Below are positions 10,492 to 19,646 of a DNA stretch of 64,000 nucleotides, one piece after another. The DNA is from Candidatus Poribacteria bacterium (lineage in GTDB: Bacteria > Poribacteria > WGA-4E > WGA-3G), in the NCBI GenBank assembly GCA_965205025.1, contig CBDBFU010000032.1, positions 128,001-192,000 of the forward strand, given 5' to 3'. A program made the translations under genes and the position numbers. Position 1 is the stretch's first letter. Each line of letters opens with the position of its first letter. The notes under the pieces are model-generated. The model saw nothing but the letters and a program-made list of their open reading frames with translations, ran no database searches and was not told the origin of the DNA.

Positions 10492-10671
10492 AAAGTTTGT
10501 GGTACAAAAAAGAGACATTTTCAATTAGAAATGGTATAACATTCAGTGTGTATATAATAATCGACAAACAATCGAAAACTAAAAACCTTGGGATTATTGC
10601 ATTTGTGATTTATACTTTAGTTGTAAGATGTTTTGGTTTTCTTCAAAAAAAATATATTTTTCTAAATTATT

Positions 10672-11649
10672 TTATATTTTTAGTAGAATTTTTCCGAAAT
10701 TACGATTTGCCTCCATATATTCGTGCGCATTTCTTACCTGTTCTAATGTGAATACTGTATCAATGATGGGTTGGAGTTTACCAGTTATTAATTTTGGCAA
10801 CCAACGTTCTACAAATCGTTGTGTGATAGCTACTTTTTCTTCAAGGGATTGTGGTCTCATCACAGAACCAATTATCTTTAGACGTTTACGCATTACTATA
10901 CCTAAATTGATATTTGTTTCTGAACCGCTTATCAATCCGACTTGTAGTAACCGTCCTTTTATTTTTAGTATGCTCAAATTCCGTTGTAGGTATTCTGCCC
11001 CGATAAAGTCTAATACGACATCTACACCATCACCATTTGTCAAACGACTTATTTCGTCAGTGAAATCTGAGTCTTTATAGTTAATTCCTGCCTTTGCTCC
11101 AAGTTCCATGCATTTGTTGATTTTTTTGGTGTTTCCGGCAGTAACGAATACTTGAGCTCCTGCATGATCTGCTATCTGAATACCTGCGCTGCCGACACCG
11201 CTTCCACCTGCATGGATTAGAATTGTTTCACCTTCTGTGAGTTGTCCTAAAGTGAATATATTTTCATTTGCAGTAAAGAATACTTCTGGTACAGCTGCAG
11301 CTTCTTCAAAACTCCAATCTGAAGGGATGTGCATAGCCATTCGGTAGTCAATGACGGCTTTTTCTGCATAGCCACCGCCACCAACGAGTCCGAAGATTCG
11401 GTCCCCTATGTTAAACCTTTCTGTGTTTTTTCCGAGATCTGAGACTGTACCAGCGATTTCTAAGCCGAGTATTTCAGAATCTCCTGGGGGTGGTGGATAT
11501 CCTCCACGGCGTTGGATTAGATCAGCACGATTTAGAGCGGTTGCTTTGACATCTACGAGAAGTTGTGTTTCTGTTGGTTGAGGTGGAGGTATTTCTGCGA
11601 TTTTCAGGACATCTGTTCCACCATCACCTGTTCTAATAACTGCTTTCAT
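10672..11649 (-). CDS. NAD(P)H:quinone oxidoreductase, PIG3/zeta-crystallin family
   Basis: ALNRAD, GYPPPPG.SEILGLE, GGGYAE, HAGGSGVG and NFGKILL motifs. Confidence 0.93.
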   Translation of the reverse strand: MKAVIRTGDGGTDVLKIAEIPPPQPTETQLLVDVKATALNRADLIQRRGGYPPPPGDSEILGLEIAGTVSDLGKNTERFNIGDRIFGLVGGGGYAEKAVIDYRMAMHIPSDWSFEEAAAVPEVFFTANENIFTLGQLTEGETILIHAGGSGVGSAGIQIADHAGAQVFVTAGNTKKINKCMELGAKAGINYKDSDFTDEISRLTNGDGVDVVLDFIGAEYLQRNLSILKIKGRLLQVGLISGSETNINLGIVMRKRLKIIGSVMRPQSLEEKVAITQRFVERWLPKLITGKLQPIIDTVFTLEQVRNAHEYMEANRNFGKILLKI

Positions 11650-11707
11650 GTTTTCCTCAAATTGTATTCAGAAATTTTAACATATTTTAATTTAAGAGGT
11701 CAATTTT

Positions 11708-11948
11708 GAATGACATATGAAGATTAAAATAATAATTCGGTAATGTTTTAGAAATTCGGTTCGGTTAGGAAACCGAACCTACCGGGTTTATGAAAATGGG
11801 AATTACCGAATTTAAAACTTAATCCTCATTAGTCATTCCCCGGGGTTTAGGATATTGTTGATAACGACTTCTGTAGACATTTCGTCCCTACGGGATTCAA
11901 GATAAGTGTTGGATAGTTTTCCTATAAACATTCCGTCCCTACAGGACT
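11708..11948. repeat. Element B (11717-11829) inside a gaatgac/gtcattc palindrome, followed by two gtccctacgggac-type REP units
   Basis: Same architecture as 14911-16530 but without the IS; ctatagacattccgtccctacgggac-like units near 11870-11897 and 11922-11948. Confidence 0.85.
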
Positions 11949-12136
11949 CCATTTAGTGTCTGATTACTTGTTATTACAATGGTAGTTGGTTTGAATAAAT
12001 ATCCTATCAAGAAAACTGTGTAAGTCTTGACTATATTTATGAAATCTTTCATTTCTTTAACAATTACAACTTTCAAGGAACAAAAGCGTCTAATCAGGTG
12101 TATAAAATAAAATACATTATTCTGGAGGAGAATCGT

Positions 12137-12619
12137 ATGTCAGAAACTGTTGAAAAGCGAACGTTACAGCGTCATTTCAATCCTGTGAAGGCGAAATTGG
12201 CTTATATGGAAGAATGTTTTGATCAATTGCGAAACGGTCTTCCATCAAGTAAAGATGATTATATAGTCTCTGATCGTCTAACCCATTCTTATGTAAAAAG
12301 TTGCTTCCTGATGATTGTACAGAGAGCAGTTGACATAAACAATGCTATTATAGAATTTAGTGGTAATACACCTCCATACCAAAAGCAACAAAGTTTTCGT
12401 TCGATTCAGGAAAGCGGTGCAATTGATCTTGATACATTAAATTTCTTTGAACACGCCTTAGACTGTTACCAAAAAATCGCTAATCCTTATGAAGGATTAC
12501 CTGCCTCTGATCTTTATGATATATCTTCTTTACTTTTGCACCATGGTGAAGCGTATGCTCGGCAGATAAATGACTTTTTTGATGATACGAGTACAAAAAC
12601 AGTTGCTGAAGATAGTTAG
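12137..12619 (+). CDS. HepT/DUF86-like HEPN protein with a degenerate active site
   Basis: RBS ggaggag before ATG 12137. IVQRAVDINNAII..P....SFRSIQESGAID matches the DUF86 pattern, but RNxxxHxY reads YQKIANPY. Confidence 0.6.
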   Translation: MSETVEKRTLQRHFNPVKAKLAYMEECFDQLRNGLPSSKDDYIVSDRLTHSYVKSCFLMIVQRAVDINNAIIEFSGNTPPYQKQQSFRSIQESGAIDLDTLNFFEHALDCYQKIANPYEGLPASDLYDISSLLLHHGEAYARQINDFFDDTSTKTVAEDS

Positions 12620-12666
12620 TGGAGTACACACGGCTGCACCTCACTGCTATTATACAGTATACATTA

Positions 12667-12724
12667 ATAAATAAAACCTAATACGTACCGAAATTTCTTC
12701 AGTTCGTATTAGGTTTTATTTATT
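12667..12724. terminator. Bidirectional intrinsic terminator
   Basis: aataaataaaacctaatacg / cgtattaggttttatttatt inverted repeat between convergent genes. Confidence 0.75.
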
Positions 12725-12735
12725 AACCGTAAGTT

Positions 12736-13503
12736 CTATTTGAATTGAATTATTCCAGCATTACCTTTAAGAACGATATCAGGTTTCAATAATACTTTAT
12801 CTTCTGGTTCTTCTTTGAGTTCGTTTGGGTTAAGCATAAATGCGATGCGCTTTGGCAATTCTAATCCTAAATCTGCGAGCATTTCTATATCTTCTTTGAA
12901 GATGATCTGTGCACTACTTTGTGTCTGATAGGCGTACCAATACTTGAGATAGGATCTAATTTGATTGTTATATAAGACATTCCCATTTGATGTGTCAATA
13001 ATCTTTATACGTACTCTTCCGAAAGCAGATTGACGGGTAGTAATATATGTGGATGTCCCTGAAATTCCGGACTGTCTACCTTGTCGCATAAGGTGTTCAT
13101 TTGAATCCTTTCGACCAAGTTTGGGTTCGACTACCATACCCGTGATGATCAAATCTGCTTTTAGAGCTTGTCCTATTCTTGCAGCTAATGCTGGATCAGC
13201 GTAAACATCGTTGATATCGAGTCCAAGTTCTTGTAATTTATCTTTTACGGGTTGAACTTTTTCGGAAATGTCATATACCCATTCTTTATCTTTCAAAATA
13301 AGATCCAACCGCGTAGCTAAATTGGTAGTAATTCTACCTACGAGCTGTTGTCCATGTTCCTCTTCTGCAATGAAAGGAGTTACGACGATCCGTGTGGCAT
13401 TACTAAAAGAAGGGGGTTCGGTTATATTAACTTCTCCGGTACCAAAACATCCAATTATTGAAATGAGTAGGAGAGGTATGAATAGAAAACTGAATAAACG
13501 CAT
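12736..13503 (-). CDS. Lipoprotein, possibly CsgG/LpoB-like fold
   Basis: RBS aaggagg before ATG 13503; lipobox IIGC; ARIGQALKADLIITG and VRIKIIDTSNG motifs. Confidence 0.65.
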   Translation of the reverse strand: MRLFSFLFIPLLLISIIGCFGTGEVNITEPPSFSNATRIVVTPFIAEEEHGQQLVGRITTNLATRLDLILKDKEWVYDISEKVQPVKDKLQELGLDINDVYADPALAARIGQALKADLIITGMVVEPKLGRKDSNEHLMRQGRQSGISGTSTYITTRQSAFGRVRIKIIDTSNGNVLYNNQIRSYLKYWYAYQTQSSAQIIFKEDIEMLADLGLELPKRIAFMLNPNELKEEPEDKVLLKPDIVLKGNAGIIQFK

Positions 13504-13890
13504 TATAGATCTGCCTCCTTGACTATATTTTGTCAAACCTTGCGCTGCTCACATTATTAAGGGTTTAGTGAGTCTTTGCTTGTGTTAATGAACTTTAGAC
13601 GGAGGACAAAACCTGCACCTTGGCATGTCTCCAACCTTAGAACAAGGTATTAACCTGCTTTACCGTGTATTCAGTGGTATTTGACAGATTTCTCGACAAA
13701 TCATCAAGCCTGGTGTTCTATCCGTCTGTTTTAAACACTTTAGCATAAAGTGATTAAAATTGTCAATAAGCAAATTAAATAAGAGGGTTTATAATTCCTG
13801 CAATAACTTGCGTTTGATAATAGGTATATGAACTTCATTTACAAGCATATTGCATTCATTACCCCAGTAGGTGCGGTTACCTAACCGCAC

Positions 13891-14799
13891 TATTAGCGTC
13901 AATTTTAGAAAAAGGATGTCTGATTTTTCAATAATAATTATTGTTAAGTGAAAACACCTCCTATATAATGTATAAAAATATTACCTTTTCACTTTATACA
14001 AGAGGTGTTTCCAATGAATACATTATCACAGGTTCCTGAAAGAATGCAACAGATTCTAACGACCATTGCCGATGAAGCAACCCTTGAAACAGGGTTTTGC
14101 AAAAGAAATCGAAAACTCACAGGGAGTCAATTTGCTCAGATACTTACTTTTAGTTGGTTAGAAAATCCTGATGCTACCTATACTCAACTTACACATACTG
14201 CTGCTTCGCTCGGTACTCCTATCTCACGGCAAGCCATTGAACAACGATTTACAGCTGAAGCTGCACAAACCCTCAAAGCAACCCTTGATGCGGCTGCGTC
14301 CGAAATGATTTCCGCGGATCCACAAGTTCTTCCACTCCTTGAACAGTTCAACGGTATCTATATACAAGACAGTTCTTGGATAATACTCCCTGATACGCTT
14401 CACGATATTTGGGAAGGCGCCGGTAAAGATGAAAGTAAGATTAGTAGCTCAGAGACTCTCCGAAGAAGACACCGAAAAACGACGACGAGATATCAACTAT
14501 CGTGCCAAACGAAAGCATACACAAGCATCACAGGCACGGCTCCAACGGCATTGGGTGATGTTGGTCGTAGGATGGCGATGTTTACGACATAGTCTATCGA
14601 AAACAGTAGATCTTATTACATCCTACACACGCACAATCACAACAAACTTTCGCAAGTCTAAGAAGCATCTTAGGCAGACATTTGATGAAATAAAACAAGT
14701 ATTCGAAACAGGATGCTATATTGAGAGACGAGCTAATAGAAAAACAACATTGGAATATCTTGAAAATGCTATAAAAAAAACACTAAATTGACGCCTATG
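13891..14799 (+). mobile_element. Internally deleted non-autonomous copy of the IS4-family element
   Basis: Ends tattagcgtcaatttt / aaattgacgcctatg. Near-identical to 14989-16443 but lacks two internal segments (about 345 and 205 bp) that include the DLGY and RWQIE motifs. Confidence 0.9.
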
Positions 14800-14988
14800 A
14801 ATCAACGGTATGAATGCTATTTAGCATTCCCCGTGGTTAGGAAACCGCACCTACCAGCTCTGGGTCCAAATTACCTATTTTATTTTTTTAACTTCATTTA
14901 TCATTCCCCGGGTATGAATGACATATGAAGATTAATTTTTAAATTCGGTAATTTTGGAGAAAGATCCAGTGCGGTTAGGAAACCGCAC

Positions 14989-16443
14989 TATAGGCGTCAA
15001 TTTTAGAAAAAGGATGTCTGATTTTTCAATAATAATTATTGTTAAGTGAAAACACCTCCTATATAATGTATAAAAATATTACCTTTTACTTTATACAAGA
15101 GGTGTTTCCAATGAATACATTATCACAGGTTCCTGAAAAAATGCAACAGATTCTAACAACCATTGCTGATGAAGCAGCCCTTGAAACAGGATTTTGCAAA
15201 AGAAATCGAAAACTTGCGGGGAGTCATTTTGCTCAGACACTTATTTATAGTTGGTTAGAAAATCCTGATGCCACCTATACTCAACTTACACATACTGCTG
15301 CTTCTCTCGGTACTCCAATCTCACGACAAGCGATTGAACAACGATTTACTGCTGAAGCTGCACAAACCCTCAAAGCAATCCTTGACGCGGCTGCGTCCGA
15401 AGTGATTTCTGCGGATCCACAAGTTCTCCCACTCCTTGAACAGTTCAACGGTATCTATATACAAGATAGTTCTTGGATAACACTCCCTGATACGCTTCAC
15501 GATATTTGGGAAGGTGCCAGTAAAAAGGATTATCCGAACAAATCCGAACTGAAACTCCATCTACGCTTCGATGTTGCTACAGGGACATTCGAACACTTTC
15601 AACTCACCAACGGCATCACCGCTGATAGCACTGTAGAAAAACAGATTGACCGGCTCCCCCAAGGGAGTTTACGCCTTGCGGATCTCGGTTATTTTTCGCT
15701 ACAAACCCTTCAAGAACTTACGGACGAAGGGGTCTTTTGGATTTCACGGTATAAAGTTAGGTGTTCGGTTTTTGACAATACAGGAAAGCCTCTTTGTTTA
15801 CATAAATGGCTCAAGTTTCAGACCGAAAACATTATCGAAACAGATATTTTCATAGGTTCAAAAAAGCGGATGAAAGTAAGATTAGTAGCTCAGAGACTCT
15901 CCGAAGAAGAAACCGAAAAACGACGACGAGATATCAACTATCGTGCTAAACGAAAGCATACACAAGCATCACAGGCACGACTCCAACTCGCAGGTTGGAA
16001 TATCTACATTACAAATATTGGAACGGATCAACTCACCGCTGAACAGATATGTGTCATTGCGCGGATTCGATGGCAGATCGAGTTGATATTTAAGTGCTTT
16101 AAAAGCCTTGGAAAAGTAGACACATCACGAAGTAAAAAACCGTATCGTATTCTATGTGAAATATATGCTAAACTGATCGCTGCAATCATTCGGCATTGGG
16201 TGATGTTGGTCATAGGATGGCGATGTTTACGGCATAGTTTATCGAAAACAGTAGAGCTTATTACGTCCTACACACGCACAATCACAATAAGCTTTCGCAA
16301 GTCAAAGAGACATCTTAGAGAGACATTTGATGAGATAAAACAAGTATTCGAAAACGGGTGCTACATTGAAAGAAGAGCTAATAGAAAAACAACATTGGAA
16401 TATCTTGAAAATGCTACAAAAAACCGCTAAATTGACGCCTATG
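14989..16443 (+). mobile_element. Complete IS4-family (IS231-like) insertion sequence, 1455 bp
   Basis: TIRs tataggcgtcaattt / aaattgacgcctatg; flanked by identical 20-mers gtgcggttaggaaaccgcac at 14969-14988 and 16444-16463. Confidence 0.93.
15111..16430 (+). CDS. IS4-family DDE transposase (439 aa)
   Basis: RBS gaggtg before ATG 15111; IQDSS, LRLADLGYF and RWQIELIFK motifs. Confidence 0.93.
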   Translation: MNTLSQVPEKMQQILTTIADEAALETGFCKRNRKLAGSHFAQTLIYSWLENPDATYTQLTHTAASLGTPISRQAIEQRFTAEAAQTLKAILDAAASEVISADPQVLPLLEQFNGIYIQDSSWITLPDTLHDIWEGASKKDYPNKSELKLHLRFDVATGTFEHFQLTNGITADSTVEKQIDRLPQGSLRLADLGYFSLQTLQELTDEGVFWISRYKVRCSVFDNTGKPLCLHKWLKFQTENIIETDIFIGSKKRMKVRLVAQRLSEEETEKRRRDINYRAKRKHTQASQARLQLAGWNIYITNIGTDQLTAEQICVIARIRWQIELIFKCFKSLGKVDTSRSKKPYRILCEIYAKLIAAIIRHWVMLVIGWRCLRHSLSKTVELITSYTRTITISFRKSKRHLRETFDEIKQVFENGCYIERRANRKTTLEYLENATKNR

Positions 16444-17099
16444 GTGCGGTTAGGAAACCGCACCTACCGGGTTTGGGAAAATTAGAATTACCGAAATATT
16501 TAGTTAATCCTCATTAGTCATTCACCGGGGCTTAGTGTTTTGTGTTTATTACGTTTTCTACACACCTTTCGCCCCGCGAATCAACGGTATGAATGCCTTA
16601 TGGCATTCCCCGGGCTTGGGATATTGGTGATAACCACTTCTATAGACATTCCGTCCCTACGGGACTCATTCAGTTAATTGATCCGTTTTCTATAGACATT
16701 CCGTCCCTACGGGACTCAATACCTACCAGGTCTGGCGGAATTAGAATTACCGAAATATTTTCTTAATCTTCATCCAGTTTGTACTACATTTAAGAGATTC
16801 TATTAATGAGACTTTAATTACCAAAATGGTATTAGATGTATGGATAATGTGAAAGGAAAAGTGTTAATATTTATCATTTTGAAATGCTTGCACATTCACG
16901 GAAACTTTCACGGAGCAATTTTACGAACCCTTATTCATGAAGATTAATTTATTAAATCGGTAATATACGGGACTTGAAATACCATACTAACTGAAAGTTT
17001 TTACTACATTTAAGAGACCTTAATTTTAAAAATGGTATAAGAGTGTGGATTGGAATCCACACTCTTACTAAGAGTCTAATGCTTAAATTAACACCTATT
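16444..17099. repeat. Dense REP/MITE cluster
   Basis: REP 16444-16468, element B right end to 16514, module D 16578-16612, two ctatagacattccgtccctacgggact units (16640-16666, 16690-16716), solo B ends (16747-16773, 16937-16970), perfect hairpin agagtgtggat-tgga-atccacactct 17040-17065, IS-like right end 17085-17099. Confidence 0.85.
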
Positions 17100-17253
17100 G
17101 TGACAAATGATTTATGCACCCTTTGTATAACTATAGAATTCAATAAGAAAAATGCGTACAACAAATTCTTGCATCCCATTAATGTATAGAATATAATGTC
17201 TATCAATATTCTGATGACCAAACTTAATTGTAATATCAATATACTGGGAATAT

Positions 17254-18084
17254 ATGAAACTTAGTTGCCTTCCCGTATCCCTATACGATGACATTTTCTC
17301 AGGAAAAAGTACGGTTGCAGATTGGATTCATCTTGCATCTCAATTAGGTTTGGATGGTGTTGATTTTAGTATCAAATTCTTTCCAGATCGTAGTGAAAAA
17401 ACAATTAATAGAGTAAGGACTATACTCACAGAAAGAAAAATAGATGCCTGTATGATAGCATGCTATTCTGACTTTACAGATCCTGATAAAACAATGCGAA
17501 AACAGGAATTACTGGATATAAAAACAGATATTAGATTAGCAAAAGATTTAGGGGCTAAATTTGTAAGAGTGACTGCAGGGCAAAAACATCCCGGGATTAA
17601 ACGTGAGGATGGAATTCGTTGGGTAACGGAGGGTTTTCGACATGCTCTTGATGAAGCAGAAAAACATGGGATCACACTCGCTTATGAGAATCACACCAAG
17701 GGGGCACCATGGGAGTATTGGGATTTCTCACAACCGTCAGAAATTTTCATAGAAATCCTAAACGAACTATCGGATACACACCTTGGTGTCTGTTTTGATA
17801 CCGCTAACCCTCTTGTCCTTAACGAAGATGTTCTTGACCTTTTTGAGAAGGTATTAGATAGAATAGTAGTACTTCATATATTTGACATGAAGGAAATAGG
17901 TACATTTGAACCGGTTAGGGTTGGGACAGGTGCATCCCCAATTCAACAAATCCTCTCACGGTTACGACAAACTAATTATGATGGTTGGCTCAGTATTGAG
18001 GAAGCCAGTCGTCAAGGACGAAAAGGGTTTGAAGAGTCAGTTAATTATGTTCGTAAAGCGTGGAATGATGCATCATCCACGTGA
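17254..18084 (+). CDS. Sugar phosphate isomerase/epimerase (xylose isomerase-like TIM barrel)
   Basis: LAYENH, CFDTAN, HIFD, G.G and YDGWLSIE metal-binding pattern. Confidence 0.88.
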   Translation: MKLSCLPVSLYDDIFSGKSTVADWIHLASQLGLDGVDFSIKFFPDRSEKTINRVRTILTERKIDACMIACYSDFTDPDKTMRKQELLDIKTDIRLAKDLGAKFVRVTAGQKHPGIKREDGIRWVTEGFRHALDEAEKHGITLAYENHTKGAPWEYWDFSQPSEIFIEILNELSDTHLGVCFDTANPLVLNEDVLDLFEKVLDRIVVLHIFDMKEIGTFEPVRVGTGASPIQQILSRLRQTNYDGWLSIEEASRQGRKGFEESVNYVRKAWNDASST

Positions 18085-18924
18085 GGGTTCACTCATACTT
18101 TCTCGTGCTTGTTGTGAAAGTGCTGCAAGATGACCATCGTTTGCTCTAACCTGTTCCAGATGTATTTCCCGTTCTGGTGTTGCCGTATTTACCATTATTT
18201 CACTATATTTACGATCTATCCAGAAACGTGCTGAGCCTGCTATATAGGCTTGTAATGCTTCCAATTTTTCCTCTGGATACCTTTGGCAAAGATTCATAGT
18301 AAACATACGTCTTCGTTTGCCACCACCGAATGCTGCGTGTTTTGTATTGTGGTTAAACAGCACGAGATCTCCTGGTGTGGTTTCAAACACTACGGCAGGT
18401 ACATCTTTTCCGTGTATTTCCCACATTTCCTGACTCTTCCCTACTTGTTGACTCAGACCATCGGCATAGTTATCACCGAATAGATGACTTCCAGGAATTA
18501 CACGTAATGCACCAGAATCACGGGTCAGAGGATCCAAATAGAATGCAATTTTTAAATGCATTGGATCTTCTAATTTATGTCCTCCATCAGAATGCCATCC
18601 GGTATCACCTACATAGAAATTACCATCACTTCCCATATAGTTAAAATCATCTCCGAGAAGTGTTTTGGCAATTGCCAGGATACGCGGATCATCAAGTAAA
18701 GAACACAACACAGCACTTTGATCTATAAAGGGAACAATACAGGACCGTGCTGTACCTTCGTGGGGTCTTCCGTTATGACCGCCACCACGTTCTTCCCAAA
18801 CCGTTTCAAACGCATCCTGAATTTCTTTGATTCTATCTACCATTAATTGTGGAAAACTGAGGTAACCGAATGTTTTAAAAAAGTTTATTTCCGATTCAGT
18901 GACTGTATAATCATGTTGATTCAT
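18073..18924 (-). CDS. Phytanoyl-CoA dioxygenase (PhyH) family Fe/2OG dioxygenase
   Basis: WHSD, GALRVIPGSH, PGDLVLF..H and RR motifs; RBS ggagg. Confidence 0.9.
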   Translation of the reverse strand: MNQHDYTVTESEINFFKTFGYLSFPQLMVDRIKEIQDAFETVWEERGGGHNGRPHEGTARSCIVPFIDQSAVLCSLLDDPRILAIAKTLLGDDFNYMGSDGNFYVGDTGWHSDGGHKLEDPMHLKIAFYLDPLTRDSGALRVIPGSHLFGDNYADGLSQQVGKSQEMWEIHGKDVPAVVFETTPGDLVLFNHNTKHAAFGGGKRRRMFTMNLCQRYPEEKLEALQAYIAGSARFWIDRKYSEIMVNTATPEREIHLEQVRANDGHLAALSQQARESMSEPSRG

Positions 18925-19019
18925 TTCTCAAATCCTCCAGATGTCTGAATGATGGTATCATACATAAGCGTAATGAATATAGCAATAGAGATGAATACCA
19001 TAACTTCAGATCATACGAA

Positions 19020-19144
19020 AACTCTGGATAAGAAACGGAATACAGATGCTCTACCACTGAGCTACAACAGGTTTTACATTACATTCCACCCGTTGGCAGG
19101 AGTCGAACCTGCGACCCGATAACGCATTCACACGACCCAGAGTT
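19020..19144 (-). ncRNA. yrlA: YrlA-type Y RNA (circularly permuted tRNA mimic)
   Basis: Minus-strand order: closing stem AACUCUGG/CCAGAGUU, GAAUGCG/UGUAUUC, T arm GCAGG-UUCGACU-CCUGC, 7-bp acceptor-like stem CAACGGG/CCUGUUG closed by a loop, UA, D arm GCUC-AGUGGUA-GAGC. Confidence 0.8.
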
Positions 19145-19216
19145 AGAATATAGATTTTATGTAGAATTGACCTGAAGAAGTATGTATCCAAGGGATTATC
19201 CATATTCAGTGTGGTA

Positions 19217-19246
19217 ATTATAATGGATATGCAATTATTTTGTCAA
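19217..19246 (-). promoter_or_regulatory. Consensus sigma70 promoter driving the Y RNA region
   Basis: TTGACA (19246-19241), 18-nt spacer, TATAAT (19222-19217). Confidence 0.8.
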
Positions 19247-19646
19247 ATATAGTATAGATTAACATCAGTTTGATAATCAAAAATGTCAGTTCGATAAACA
19301 AAATTTTGTCTTGAAGATAGTCTTTGTAGCACAAACTTTCCAGTTTGTGCATCCTGGTGTTAACTAAAAGTTCGGGTTACAATGTGTCTAATCAAACTCA
19401 CGTTAGATTAAGTATGTTATTGTAAATTGGAATCCTTTCCTTCCAAAGCTTACATACATGCACATGAATGTAAATTCTAATCCTTCCTTAGCAACTATTG
19501 TTAATGTCAATCTCCCGTTAAGTCTATTGAAATATGATAACCATAAGGGTATAATTCTATAGTGTGAAACTGTTAAATTTACATATTTTTTATCTCGAAT
19601 TTTAATCTTCAAATTAGTGTATTGCTATATTTCCGTATGATGGTAT

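Noticed and set aside
14005-14791. Programmed frameshift transposase (two ORFs)
   Set aside because: The frame breaks coincide with deletions relative to the intact copy at 15111-16430.
1223-16612. CRISPR array made of the 35-bp palindromic module D
   Set aside because: Copies are kilobases apart, there are no regular unique spacers and there are no cas genes.
16640-16716. Mini-CRISPR (two 27-bp repeats, 23-nt gap)
   Set aside because: Only two units, and the same motif occurs as dispersed REP-like pairs at 11870-11948.
19040-19120. Conventional tRNA gene
   Set aside because: The T arm precedes the D arm, there is no anticodon arm or CCA end, and the acceptor stem is closed by a loop. Reported as a Y RNA-like mimic instead.
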